A DNA stretch of 64,000 nucleotides from assembly GCA_964016885.1 (NCBI GenBank), contig OZ024744.1:97836001-97900000 (forward strand), read 5' to 3'. Both the position numbers and the translations under genes were made by a program. The notes beneath the pieces are model-generated. The model worked only from the letters and a program-made list of their open reading frames with translations. It made no database searches and had not been told where the DNA came from. The DNA is from Eledone cirrhosa (Eukaryota). This document shows positions 1 through 11,800 of the stretch, piece after piece (positions within the stretch are counted from its first letter, which is position 1; each line of letters starts with the position of its first letter).

Positions 1-600
1 GAAATTGCAGGCTATTTCTTCCGCCTGATAGCTGTGGCAAAAGAGCATGTGTGTTGGACACAAACCCTTCACAAATTTAAGTCTCCCTACCACATTCCTT
101 TTTGCAACCGGAAATGGCAGGCTATTTCTTCCGCCTGATAGCTGTGGCAAAAGAGCATGTGTGTTGGACACAAACCCTTAGCAAATTTATCATGTTTCAC
201 TTGAAAAGAAAATTAAGAGTGGATAGAAGAATGTTACCATCCTCCCTCTCACTCGCAGTAAATTTGTTGAATGGAGGGTGAGAGTTGCAAATATGGCCGA
301 AGAGAGAGAATGGGCTTACTCTGAACATTGATTTGTAGACCGGGAGGCAATAGCTGTTAGGGTGAATCAAGTTTCGAGGGAGTTCCTTAATTTGATCTTA
401 GAGACTTTTACATTGTTAATATTTTTTTTTGTTATCCTTTATTTTTTGTTATTTATATTTTTAGACGACTAATATATAACCCCCTCCCCATCACCCCCCA
501 CCCCACCCCCACACACACATACGCACACATGCGCACACGCACAGTATTTGTGCCGTCCTAATCATCTTTAAGCAGCCCTGGTGGCAAATAAAGAAATTAT
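1..600 (+). mobile_element. Degenerate 3' end of a Tx1/L1-clade LINE, with an internal ~110-bp tandem duplication
   Basis: Similar to 11990-12220 (FHLKRKxRV-like codons at ~195-225). Ends GCCCTGGTGGCAAATAAAGAAATT + (ATT)n like the other Tx1 copies. 1-69 is repeated at 111-179. Confidence 0.75.
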
Positions 601-614
601 CATTATTATTACTG

Positions 615-1050
615 TTGGATTGGCAGTGTCGGTAGAGCGTCGAACAACATGCATCGTAGCATAGAGTTACAGCCCTTTACGGTCTGAGTTGAAATCCCGG
701 CGAGGTTAACTTTGCCTTTCATCCTTACGGGATCGATAAAATAAAGTACCAGTCACGCACTGGGGTCGATTTAATCGACTTCCCCTCCCCCCAAAATTGC
801 TGGCCTTGTGCCTATAGAAGAAACCAATATTACTGTTGGATTGGCAGTGTTGGTAGAGCGTCGGACAACATGCTTTATGGCATAGAGTTACGGCCCTTTA
901 CGTTCTGAGTTCAAATCACTCCGAGGTTAACTGCTTTGCCTTTCATCTTAACGGGATAGATAAAATAAAGTACCAGTAATGCAATGGGGTAGATTTAATC
1001 GATTTTCCCATCCACACCAAAGTGTTGGCCTTGTATCTAAATCAGAAACC
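615..1050 (+). mobile_element. Two tandem tRNA-derived SINEs (family 1)
   Basis: A-box-like TGGCAGTGTCGGTAGAGC and B-box GAGTTCAAATC, conserved body GAGGTTAACTTTGCCTTTCATCCTTACGGGGTCGATAAAATAAAGTACCAGT, tail GCTGGCCTTGTGCC..AGAAAC. More than 15 copies in the window. Confidence 0.85.
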
Positions 1051-1119
1051 AATATTAATGTTGTTCTTGTTGTGGTTGTAGTTTTATTTTTTTTATTTTT
1101 GTTCTTGATATTGTTAATC

Positions 1120-1420
1120 ATGCGTTAGAATGTCGGATAGAATGTTTTGCAATATTCGTTGACCCGCCGAGATAAACTTTGCCTTTCATCCTTTCATGGT
1201 CGATAAAAAAAAAGTACCAGTCTACCAGTCCTGTACTGGGGTGGATTATTCATTTATATCTCTTTTTCACTTCCATTTTCTGACTATTTCTATCCTTCTC
1301 TGGAAGAAACCTGCTGTGTTCAAACCTGGAGAAGAAATAGACTCCGCCAAGTTTAATAAATACCCTAGATACTCTGTATGCCAATACGGCGCCCTTACGA
1401 CTCCCTCGGGGGGTTACAGA
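1120..1420 (+). mobile_element. SINE family 1 variant with an alternative 3' tail (related copy at ~26800-27130)
   Basis: Same central body, followed by CTCTGGAAGAA...GCGCCCTTACGACTC in both copies. Confidence 0.65.
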
Positions 1421-1749
1421 ACCATACATGCATTGCTATTGTTGTTGTTGTTGATATTTTTTCGTTACTTATCTATTAGGATGTTGTTGCTTTTTTTAAT
1501 TGCTTTTCCAAAACGCTGGATTTTACGACACACAACTGAAGGAAATAATTGTATATTTTTTTTATTGAGTTTCGTGGCAATTTTTTTTAAAGGATTTTCA
1601 TCTTCAACTGTAGCTTACCCTTTTTTAAAACTCGACCTTTAACCAACGTTAAAAAGTTCCTGGGGGAAAAAAAAATCGTATATTCTCTGATGAGAGTCTT
1701 TTAGACTGAACAATTTAGTAACAAGTAAAGAAACACATAAATGAATAAA

Positions 1750-1936
1750 TAATTGTTTCTACTTTTGGCACAAGGCCAGCAATTAACCAGCGCATTACAG
1801 GTACTTTATTTTATCGACCCCGTAAGGATGAAAGGCAAAGTTAACCTCGGCAGGATTTGAACTCAGATCATAAAGGGCCGTAACTCTATGCTGCAAAGCA
1901 TGGCGTCCGACCCTCTACAGATACTGCCAATCCACT
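1750..1936 (-). mobile_element. SINE family 1. Other minus copies at ~13581-13693, 15183-15375, 15560-15790, 15803-15920, 17400-17620, 46720-47140 and 56130-56310
   Basis: Reverse complement of the conserved body and boxes. Confidence 0.85.
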
Positions 1937-2494
1937 GTAATAAAAACACACACACACACGCGCGGATGTAACGCATGCGCAAACTAAGCACACAACACAC
2001 ACAACACTCAAAAACAAGACGGTGTAGGACAAAACAAAGGAGAAACACACAAAATAAAAACCTAGTCACGGAGGAGGTCACAGAATGTGTGACGAAAGAG
2101 CTTTGGCAATATATAAACAACCATCCTGTTATCGAACCAACCAACCGGAAATTTATAATAAATTGAAGTGAAAACCAACAAGTGCGTGTGTTTTTATTGG
2201 CAACATGACCCTCCCAAAGTATAACGATATGTGTTCCAACACACCTTTTCAGATAAGAAATCTCGCAAAACAAATTCAAAAACGAATTTATGAACATTTA
2301 TGAATATAACACTACGTTTCATTCTTTGTACACATTGGTCGGCCATTTTTAAATTTATTTAGAAGCTAATAACAGGGCATATAAACACCTGACCGGGAAA
2401 GGGCATCAGGTTGTATGCGCTGTTATCAGACTATTTTCTGTAGTAAAAAATACGGCGAAACCTTCTAATTCAATTATCTATTTTGCGCGCCATT

Positions 2495-2622
<128 letters not shown>

Positions 2623-5600
2623 CCTTGAATCTCAGTCATTGATGTTGGTTAACTGGAAAGTCCGTTGGATTGAATATCAAGCCACTACCTGCAGCCTCAG
2701 ATATTCAGGACGTATCGGAGGGTTCTTGCCGTTCCAAGCAAGCATGCCTTTTGAAGCGTTCCAAAAAGCGTGAAGGGGCCGATTTTCTTTAACCATCCCT
2801 GGAAACCTTTGGAGATAGTCCCCAGTGCGCCTATGACAATCGGGATCACTTTGACTTCATGGCAGTTCCAAATCCTTTTCACCTCCCACTTTAGGTCCTG
2901 GTATCGGTTAATTTTCTCCCTCTCCTTCTCTTGCACTCTCGTGTCGAACGGGCAGGCCACATCCACAATCAGGCACGATCTTTTTTCTTTGTCCACAACC
3001 ACCAGGTCAGGTCTATTGTGTTCCAGTTTTTTGTCCGTCTGTATCCTAAAATCCCACAGCACCTTCACCTGACTGTTCTCCATCACCGCCTCTGGCCTAT
3101 GCTCATACCATTTCTCAGAATGTGGTAGATTGTTTACTTTGCACAGGTGCCAGTGGATCACCCTGCCCATCACATCGTGTCTCCAGCCCTTATAGTGGGT
3201 CTGGGCTAGGTGTTTACACTCGGACACAATGTGTGCCACAGTCTCCTCTCTCTCTCCACAGATCCTGCACAGTGGGCTAGCCTCCTCCTTGTAGATATGG
3301 TGCTTCAACCACTTCGTTTTGAGGGCCTGCTCCTGCGCAGCCATTAGCATTCCTTCTGTAGCCTTTTTGAGGTCTCCTCTTCTCAACCAGTTCCATGTCT
3401 GTGGATCTCTAAATTCAGTTTTCTCAAAGAAGGTACTATGAAGGGATTTTCCCTTAAGGCTGCTCTTCCTCCTTGATGTTATTTCCTCCTTGGGTATCCC
3501 CTGGCCTACTCTCCCCTCCTTCAGTACAGCTCTGAGCATTGGCTCCTTACTATAGGTCACGTATTTGTATAGGTTGTTTTTCTCCATCTGAACACAGTCC
3601 TCTATGCTGATAAGACCTCTTCCACCCTCAGATCTCCTTAGGTAGAGTCTATCGACATCACTCCTCTTGTGGAACATGTTGTAGATAGTCAATAGCTTCC
3701 TAGTCTTCCTATCCATTTCTTTTTGTTCAGCAACATTCCATCTCAGAATTCCCGCACTGTACCTAATAATAGACACAGCTCGGGAATTTACTGCGCTTAT
3801 GGCATTTCTGCTGTTCAGATGTGACTTCAATACGCTCCTTACTCTCCGAATGTATTCAGTTCTTAACAATTCCTTCATTTTTTTGTTCTTTATGCCATCA
3901 GCCTCCAGAACGCCCAAATACTTGTATCCTTCCTCAGAGTCAATTTCCTTTATCATCTCACCTGTTGGTATCTGGATCCCGTTACTTCTGCTCAACCTAC
4001 CCCTCCTCATCACAATGACTCCACATTTACCAATACCAAACTGCATACATATATCACTGCTGAAAATACGGACAGTGTCAACAAGCACATCCAACTCCTT
4101 CTCACTTTTCCCGAAGAGCTTAAGATCGTCCATGAAGAGGAGGTGATTGATGGTAAGCTCTCCCCTTCCCAACTTGTATCCTGCTCTCACTTTTCGCAGC
4201 ATAATGGTCAAGGGCATCAGGGCAAGGACAAACAACAGAGGGGACAGGCTATCTCCCTGGAAGATACCTCTCTTGATCTTCACGCTTCCCAAGGATACTC
4301 CAGTTGATGTCAACTCTGTCTCCCAGGACCCCATACTCCTGCCCAGCAACTCTCTGATGTTATCTGCCACCCTGAAGATCTCCAGGCTTTTGGTGATCCA
4401 GGAATGAGGCACCATGTCAAATGCCTTTCTGTAGTCTATCCATCCCATGGCAAGATCAGTGTGTCTCCTCCTGCAATTCCCCATTACCATCTTATCAATA
4501 AGCAACTGGTCCTTTGTACCACGTGACTTCTTTCGGCATCCTTTCTGTTCGTCCGGCAACAAGTTGTTTGTGTGGAGGTGATGGTAGATTTCCTCAGACA
4601 CAATGCTCGTCAACAGTTTCCACATTACGGGCAGACATGTGATAGGTCTATAGTTGGTAACATCATTACCCTTGATTCGGTCTTTCATTATCAGAACTGT
4701 GGTACCTTTTGTCAACCACTCTGGCACCTCACCCGACACCAAGCAGTCATTGAACATGGCCGTCAGCTTCGGGTGGAGGGATGTTAAATGTTTAATCCAA
4801 TACCCCTGCACACCATCTGGGCCTGGTGATTTCCAGTTGGTTAGTTTTTTGGCTTGCCCCTTAAGAGTTTCAACTGTGATACTCAAATCAGTCTGTTGCT
4901 GTGCCTGCTCACCGATCTCCCTCTGTACTGTCTCAATCCACCCTGCCTGGGCATTGTGTCTAACATCCTGCTCCCATATTCCTCTCCAGAATGTTTTAGC
5001 TTGTTCCGCCCCAGGGATCAAGTCGGTGCCTCTTTCTTTCCCCTCAAGCTGTCCAAACAGCATCTTCTGGTTGTTGTCGAACATGCGGTTCTGTTTATAC
5101 TGACTGACTCTGTTCTCGTATCGCCTGATTTTGGCACTCTTTGCTACAATGCGTTGCTTCAATTCCTCTATGATAATATTTAGCTTTTTACTCCTAGTTT
5201 TGTATTTTATTTCCAGTCTATTTTTAGTGCCTATGTTTTTTAGTGTCCCATTCAGTAGTGACTCAAGCTTTCCTATGTCATTTCTCATTTCCCCGATTTG
5301 CCCACTCAGTCGCTTCTTCCACCACGGCTCTGCTCTTTCTTGTCTGTTGTTTCCTCTCGCTTTTATACCAAGTAGTTTCCTCACCGTATTTGCTGTTGCT
5401 TTGAGGATATTGTTGCACTGGTGAAGACTCCTCGCCTCAAGGTATGGGATGACTTTGTTTACCTTAGCTGTTGTTTCTTTTAACTTTTTCCTGTCTACAA
5501 ATCTTAGGTTCATAGGTCTCCCACTATCATTGTTCAACTCATCTACCACTAAATTTAGGATGTCAACCGAATCTTGTCCTAGCCCGTCAGCATTCATCTC

Positions 5601-6425
5601 CTCAGTGGCCGTATCTCTGTTCCAGGTATTATTTATCTCAGTATTCAGATCATTGTCTGCTTCGGGTGGTTCCTCCGCTCTCAGGACCTCCTCACCTTCA
5701 TTTCCCGCCGGCTCGCTTGTCTGGCATACTACACCCGCCATCTCCAAGCCATTCTCTCTGCTCAGTTCCTCCAGTTCCAGCTCGCTTATCCACCCATTAG
5801 TTCTTATTACCCGAGCCTGCCCGGCCAATTTTTGTTCATCTAATTTAAATAAACCAATCTCGTTCCAGATGTTATGCATCCGTCTCCTGTAGCCCCTCTC
5901 CTTGGGGTTACTTTTCAGGTAGCATTGCATAACAGTTCTATTCAATTCTTTCGTCCAGTTGGTTCTGGCCCCTTTCCTTCTTCTTCTTCCTCCAACATCA
6001 GCAGTATTTCGTTGACAGTCAGGTTCCTGCTGCTGAGCCAGGGGGCACCTGTTGGGTGAGAGTCTGTCACATGACGTTCTAGTCTCCATTTCACCGTTAT
6101 TCGAACTGTTTATGTTCGATATTTAAACACTCTTATCGAGGATTGGCGAATGTATGTTTACATAGCCATCTGTGGATCCGCCATCCCACTTGGCCCTTGT
6201 GTGGCATTATCACCACGCTGTATACGGACACACATAAACAAACAAACACACGGGCAGAAAGGGCCCCAAAAATGAATAAGCATAAGTTTCATTGTAATGT
6301 AGTATTCGAATGTCTGACTTAGTTTTTGTTTTTTAAGTTTTACTTTTTCCCCCCTCTTCTCTGTCCGTCCGCCTGCCTCTCTCTTCATTCTTATTTTCTT
6401 TACGTTTTGGGGGTTTCTTTTTTTG

Positions 6426-6430
<5 letters not shown>
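2623..6430 (-). mobile_element. Apparently full-length R4/Dong-clade non-LTR retrotransposon inserted in (TAA)n; 5' boundary uncertain (6290-6430)
   Basis: Single RT-RLE ORF, ~75-nt 3' UTR, (TAA)n on both sides. Dong elements are known TAA-repeat targeters. Confidence 0.88.
2697..6089 (-). CDS. 1130-aa reverse transcriptase / restriction-like endonuclease polyprotein
   Basis: N-terminal Myb-like WTKELN..GYRRRMHNIW. RT motifs KSPGPDG, YRPITCL, DYRKAFD, GIFQGDSLSP, LFMDD, YKYLG. CCHC CRICGEREETVAHIVSEC. RLE RPDLVV..D..CPFD..EKINRY. No stops. Confidence 0.95.
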   Translation of the reverse strand: METRTSCDRLSPNRCPLAQQQEPDCQRNTADVGGRRRRKGARTNWTKELNRTVMQCYLKSNPKERGYRRRMHNIWNEIGLFKLDEQKLAGQARVIRTNGWISELELEELSRENGLEMAGVVCQTSEPAGNEGEEVLRAEEPPEADNDLNTEINNTWNRDTATEEMNADGLGQDSVDILNLVVDELNNDSGRPMNLRFVDRKKLKETTAKVNKVIPYLEARSLHQCNNILKATANTVRKLLGIKARGNNRQERAEPWWKKRLSGQIGEMRNDIGKLESLLNGTLKNIGTKNRLEIKYKTRSKKLNIIIEELKQRIVAKSAKIRRYENRVSQYKQNRMFDNNQKMLFGQLEGKERGTDLIPGAEQAKTFWRGIWEQDVRHNAQAGWIETVQREIGEQAQQQTDLSITVETLKGQAKKLTNWKSPGPDGVQGYWIKHLTSLHPKLTAMFNDCLVSGEVPEWLTKGTTVLIMKDRIKGNDVTNYRPITCLPVMWKLLTSIVSEEIYHHLHTNNLLPDEQKGCRKKSRGTKDQLLIDKMVMGNCRRRHTDLAMGWIDYRKAFDMVPHSWITKSLEIFRVADNIRELLGRSMGSWETELTSTGVSLGSVKIKRGIFQGDSLSPLLFVLALMPLTIMLRKVRAGYKLGRGELTINHLLFMDDLKLFGKSEKELDVLVDTVRIFSSDICMQFGIGKCGVIVMRRGRLSRSNGIQIPTGEMIKEIDSEEGYKYLGVLEADGIKNKKMKELLRTEYIRRVRSVLKSHLNSRNAISAVNSRAVSIIRYSAGILRWNVAEQKEMDRKTRKLLTIYNMFHKRSDVDRLYLRRSEGGRGLISIEDCVQMEKNNLYKYVTYSKEPMLRAVLKEGRVGQGIPKEEITSRRKSSLKGKSLHSTFFEKTEFRDPQTWNWLRRGDLKKATEGMLMAAQEQALKTKWLKHHIYKEEASPLCRICGEREETVAHIVSECKHLAQTHYKGWRHDVMGRVIHWHLCKVNNLPHSEKWYEHRPEAVMENSQVKVLWDFRIQTDKKLEHNRPDLVVVDKEKRSCLIVDVACPFDTRVQEKEREKINRYQDLKWEVKRIWNCHEVKVIPIVIGALGTISKGFQGWLKKIGPFTLFGTLQKACLLGTARTLRYVLNI

Positions 6431-6457
<27 letters not shown>

Positions 6458-6672
6458 GAATGCCATGGTTGACGGAGGCTCGGCTCTGTAAGGTATAGTA
6501 ATTTTTAACCGTTAAAACAATTGTAAATTGTTTAAAACTTGAACCAAATTGTTGATAAAGACACCCTCCTCCTCGTGAGAGGGGTCTTTCTGTCCGTTAT
6601 TTGGCCCTTCGGGGTTAAATAACCAGTTATTGGGGTTTTGTACCCAAAATTTCATTTTAAACAAAAAACAAC

Positions 6673-8769
6673 ATGGCTACAAAAAAGAAATTTCATATGT
6701 CACTCCCACTCATTCCGTCTTCTTCTTCCTCAATCATCACTACAGCAGAGAGAAGATTGTCTCTCTCCCTCCCTTCTTTAAATGTGTCTCTCTCCCTCCC
6801 TTCTCTTTCGCAAGCGACGAAAGAAAAGAAAAGTCTCGTGCAAAGCGTGCAAGGTTTCTCCACGACGACGACGACAGCGACGAAACAGGTGTGCGGGAAA
6901 CACGAAAACCCAGTTCATTCGTCTGACGTCAGGAATAATAGCAGTAGCAGCCGTAATAACAACAGCAACAGTGACAATGAAAACAACAGTAGCAGCCGCA
7001 ACAGCATCACCAGCAGCATAAACAACAACAGCATTAGCAGCAGCAACACCAACAACAACCACAGCAACAGCGGCGGAGGCAGTAGTCGTAGTACCTGCAG
7101 CAACAACAAAAGTACCAGCAGCTCTGACGACAACAACAACAGCAGAGAAAAACCAATCTCATTTGCAGGTATTGCGAAAAATTTGGAAACAATCCTCATA
7201 ACAAATGAGGAATTAGAGGAAGCGAAGAAGATGGTGACAAAGAACGGACACCGAGCAATCTGCAAGGCAGCGAAAAGTTTTTTCGAAACCCAAGAGCACT
7301 GTACGGTCACGTACCGTACAGTAAGTACAAAATCCCGTAGGGTGGAAAGAGCCACAGAGGCCCAAATACAAAAAGCCTTGGGGTCTGTGTGGCAGAGGAA
7401 AACGCACATCACCCGAGGCAAAAAATACGCCACCGTAGACGTACTTTTTGCCACACCCCAGGAGGCAAAGGCCCAATCAGTAATGACCCTAAGGAGCGAG
7501 GAAATGGTGTTGGTGCCCTCCTACTGCGGGCAAAAAATTGTGAGGGTCAAACTGACCCACGTCCCCCCCGGAATGACCCCTTCTTGGCTGGCCGCGTCTG
7601 TCCTCGTCGGAATCGAGGACAAAACAACTGTACTGCAAGTACAGAAAAAAGTAAGAGAAGATTGGGTCGGCTCCTCCATTGAGATGCTAATCCAAACCAA
7701 CCAGGAGTGCATCGAAGCTATCCCGGATGTGATAGACTTCGATAACGGCACTCAACTGCCCATAAGTGTTGAGGGCAAACGCCCGAAATGCTTTCGCTGT
7801 GGATCGAAGACTCACCTCAGGGCCTTCTGCAACGAGAAGACCCTGAGAAAGGAGAAAACCCCCCTCCTCCCGAATCCGGTTCCACGGCTACCAGCAACAG
7901 GACAAGCGGCAACCAGGAACGATAGGTCCGTGGCACCCATACCCACTCCACGGAAATCAAAGACAGCAGCAGCAGTGGAAATATTAACAACAACAACAGC
8001 AATACCAAATGCAGCTGCAACAGAGACTCCAGTGCAAACATCACCAACAACAACAAGTGAAAGAGTGGAGCTGGTACCCCTCCCCGACCTTACAGAATCA
8101 GACATGGAGTGTGAGGTGGGAGAGGGATGGCAAAAGGTCTCAAGAAGGCACAAACGCAGAAGCAGCGCATCGTCGCCTTTGAAAAGGGAGGAAAGAAATG
8201 AGAAAAGGGTAAAGTCTACTGCAAAGAGACCCACAGCAACAACACCACCAACACCATCACCACCCACACCAGCACCACCATCACCACCGGCGACAACCCC
8301 ACCGCCAACAACACCTTCAACACCACCACCACAAGCACCAACATCGCAAACACAACAACAAAACACACACACCCAGCAACAACGACAAGAAAATAGCAGA
8401 ACCACACCCCACCCCCAGAAAAACAAATGCACGGCAATAAACACACACAACAAGAAACTAATGACTTACATAATTGAACACACAGACATTTCACAACAGG
8501 ACTACATAATACCAGCACCAATCAAAACGCCAACTAACATAAGACTGCTAAAAATAGCACAGAAACAATACACAAACATTAAAACGAAATTCCCCAACGC
8601 AGTTGGTGATTTCAGGGACCTAGGAGGAACCATTAATCGAAGAGTATATTCAGACATTCTCTTAGAAGAGCCGACGACCAGCCGAAGGGACGATTCAACG
8701 GTCCCTTCACCAGACGATCAAGTGAAAAGGGATGTAAAAACCATCCCTCCTCTACCAAAAATACGGTAA
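6673..8769 (+). CDS. LINE ORF1 (gag-like nucleic-acid-binding protein), 698 aa
   Basis: CX2CX4HX4C knuckle CFRCGSKTHLRAFC after an RRM-like region; S/N- and P/T-rich linkers; directly upstream of ORF2. Confidence 0.9.
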   Translation: MATKKKFHMSLPLIPSSSSSIITTAERRLSLSLPSLNVSLSLPSLSQATKEKKSLVQSVQGFSTTTTTATKQVCGKHENPVHSSDVRNNSSSSRNNNSNSDNENNSSSRNSITSSINNNSISSSNTNNNHSNSGGGSSRSTCSNNKSTSSSDDNNNSREKPISFAGIAKNLETILITNEELEEAKKMVTKNGHRAICKAAKSFFETQEHCTVTYRTVSTKSRRVERATEAQIQKALGSVWQRKTHITRGKKYATVDVLFATPQEAKAQSVMTLRSEEMVLVPSYCGQKIVRVKLTHVPPGMTPSWLAASVLVGIEDKTTVLQVQKKVREDWVGSSIEMLIQTNQECIEAIPDVIDFDNGTQLPISVEGKRPKCFRCGSKTHLRAFCNEKTLRKEKTPLLPNPVPRLPATGQAATRNDRSVAPIPTPRKSKTAAAVEILTTTTAIPNAAATETPVQTSPTTTSERVELVPLPDLTESDMECEVGEGWQKVSRRHKRRSSASSPLKREERNEKRVKSTAKRPTATTPPTPSPPTPAPPSPPATTPPPTTPSTPPPQAPTSQTQQQNTHTQQQRQENSRTTPHPQKNKCTAINTHNKKLMTYIIEHTDISQQDYIIPAPIKTPTNIRLLKIAQKQYTNIKTKFPNAVGDFRDLGGTINRRVYSDILLEEPTTSRRDDSTVPSPDDQVKRDVKTIPPLPKIR

Positions 8770-8804
8770 GTGGTCTTTCCCATCTTTTCCACTCTATTTT
8801 AAAC

Positions 8805-11800
8805 ATGACCTCACTCAGAATAGGCAGCATAAATGCGCGTGGCTTGGGGTCGTCATGGAAGCAGGGTCACCTGCTCAACGACCTCAGGTCACTAAACATA
8901 GATGTAGTGGCCATCAGCGAGACCAGAATCTCCGAAGCACGGGCCTTCGCACCGATCTTCGGCGGCTACGATGTGTACGCATCTCCCAGCCGTCCTGGAT
9001 CCGGTGGAGGAGTTGCTGTACTTTTTCGGAGAGGTTTGGATCTCGCCATACGGGCCATCTTCCTGGACCCAGAGGGTAAGCTGGTGGTGCTGGACGTGAC
9101 CAGCGGAGACGGGCAAGCTTTCAGGCTAGTGGCCGTCTATGCCCCGACAGGAGCAGGGCGGCCTGATTTCTTCCGGCGTCTGGAGACCTTTCTTGGAACG
9201 TCCCGCTCTTTAGTGTTAGTGGGCGACTGGAACGGGATCTTAGATGCACGCTGGGACTGTGTGGGATTAGCGGATAGGGGTGGAGGGTGCAAGAGCCTCA
9301 CCAACCTGCTCAGGCGTTTTGAACTGTCTGACAGGTACCGATTGGATTTCCCGAATGTGCCAATGTGGACTTGGACAAACCGCATAGGGTCATCCAGATC
9401 ATATCTAGATAGAGTATTTTGTAGGGAAATAGATAGGTCTAGCATAGGCTGTCCACAATTCAAGATAGTCAGCTACACGGACCACAAATTCGTGACCTGT
9501 GTGCTTGACTTAGATAGGCTTCATAGACGAGGACCCGGCTACTGGAAGCTAAACGCGTCCTTACCAGCGCGCAAGGCCTACAGAGACCGGATTAGCGAAC
9601 TAGTTAAGCGGGCGTTGACGGGGGCCATCGTCAACAACAAGTGGTGGTTTGCTCTGAAAAGAGCGATTAGAATAGAATCGATTAGGTTTAGTAAGGCTTT
9701 AGCAATAGAGAAAAATAGAGCAGAGGGAGAACTAGTTAGAAAATTAGACGAGGCGCTTAGCAAAGGCATTGCAACCGACGTGCTTGCGGCGAAATTGGCC
9801 CTTGACCAATTCTTCAATGCAAAGCACGAAGGCTGCGTTGTCAGAGCTAGGGTGCGTGCTCTCAGACACGAGGGGACGAAAGCCGTTCAATGGGCCCGAG
9901 TGGCGGAGGCGCGTCGTGGCAACAAAGCCACGATCCGGTCTTTGGTGGACCACGACGGGCGCATGCTACTCGATCCCGGGCAAATGTGTGAAGCTTTTCA
10001 GCGACACTTCGCTCAGCTGTTCGGGGCCAGCGGGGGGCCGGGTAGAGGGATGGACTTTAGTGTCTACCTCGACGGGCTGCCGCGGCTCTCGGCCACTGAG
10101 GCGAGGTGTTGCGAAAAGCCGATAACAGCCGCTGAAGTACGGGAGGCAATGACTGGCTGCACAAGGGGTAAATCGCCTGGTTTGGATGGTCTGCCCTATG
10201 AACTTTACGTACAGATGCCAGACTTGTTCGGAGGCCTCTTGGCGGACGTCTACTGCAACTGGCAACAGAACGGGAGAATTCCCAGTTCTGTGAGCCGAGG
10301 AGCGGTGGCACTGCTGAGAAAGGATCCGAACAAGGGGGATAACATAGACAATTTCCGGCCCATAACTCTGCTAAACACAGAGTTTAAGATTTTGGCCAAG
10401 GTGCTAGCAAAGAGGTTGGCGCTTGTCGTTGGTGGTCTGGTGGGAGAGGCGCAGACATGCGCCATTCCCGACAGATCCATCCACGACAACCTCCACCTCA
10501 TGCGATACATCGTAGAGAGGGTAGCTAGGGAACCTGGCACGGGTGGGTCCTTGATCAATTTAGATCAGTCGAAAGCTTTCGATAGGGTCGACCATCGTTA
10601 CCTAGCGGCAGTCCTGAGGGCGGCTGGCTTTGGGCCCGTCTTCAGAGGCTGGATCGCTGCCATGCACAGCGACATCTGCTCTGTGGTGAGAGTGAACGGT
10701 CACCTGTCGGAACCGTTCAACATCATGCGCTCGGTCCGCCAAGGATGTCCCCTCTCGTCCCTCTTGTACGTATTGACTCTCGAGCCATTACTGCACAAAC
10801 TGGAGACGTTGAGGGGGGTCCCGCGCGAACTAGGATGCGGAAGATCCGTGTCAGCATATGCGGACGATGTCACCGTAGTGGTGTCGAACGCCAAACACAT
10901 CGAGGCGATCGGCACTACACTAAGAGAATACGAAGCGGTGACAGGAGCAATGATCAACCAGGAAAAGTCAGTGGGCCTGCAGCTCGGCACCTGGAGAGGC
11001 AGGTCCATGCCGTCCAACAGCGTCGTCGGGCGCTGGACGGACGGACCGGTTAAATTGCTAGGGGTCTGGTTCGGTCCGGACCTCCAGACGGACAAAAACT
11101 GGGACGAGGTGACGAGCAGGGTGGCTTCTCTCACCCAGAAATGGGCGGAGAGGAAGCTATCCCTGAAAGGTCGAGCGGAGGTGGCTAACGCGTACATCGC
11201 GTCTGTCATCTGCTACCGCCTAACCGTCGTACCTTGTCCTAAGCCTCGCCTGACTGCGCTGGAGCGTTTGCTCTTTCGCTTTTTGTGGAAGGGACGTGCT
11301 CCGATGGTCAGGCGGTCCATCTGTTGTCAACACCCGCTACGTGGAGGGCTGGGCATGCCGTGGCTGATGATGCGCAGGCACGCGCTCAGGCTACGACATC
11401 TCCACCTCTTCCTCGACGGTGATCAGGTGTGGTCGCCGTTTGCTAGACGCGTTTTTCCCCAGCTCGTTTCCTTGACGGAGCTGCAGTCCTGGGTCAAGCG
11501 AAGACCGAGAGGGAGCGCCTGGAGACTGGAATGTCTTCAGGCGCTCACAGCCCTCGACCAATCGGGCAATGTGATCGGTGGAAACTCCACCTCGGCGTTC
11601 TATAGAGGATTAGTGGAGGGGAAGAGCGACGACGTACTTGGGGAAACTCTAGGCGTCGACGAAAATCAACTAGCCAATCTCTTCGGAAGAACTTTCGGGC
11701 CAGGGCCTATGGACAACTTCCAGAAATCTCTGGCCTGGCAGTGCTACCGAGGAGCCTTGCCAGTTCGGGATAAACTCTACAGGCATGGAGGTGCCGTCAG

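Noticed and set aside
615-720. tRNA genes at SINE heads
   Set aside because: Only A/B boxes are retained; no full cloverleaf; always fused to the SINE body.
1687-1722. Hammerhead-like CTGATGAGAGTC..GACTGAAC..GTA
   Set aside because: GAAA is incomplete and there is no stem I; at best a decayed relic.
2770-6059. Antisense ORFs over the LINE ORFs (also 6778-12275 on the minus strand)
   Set aside because: Shadow frames with no motifs.
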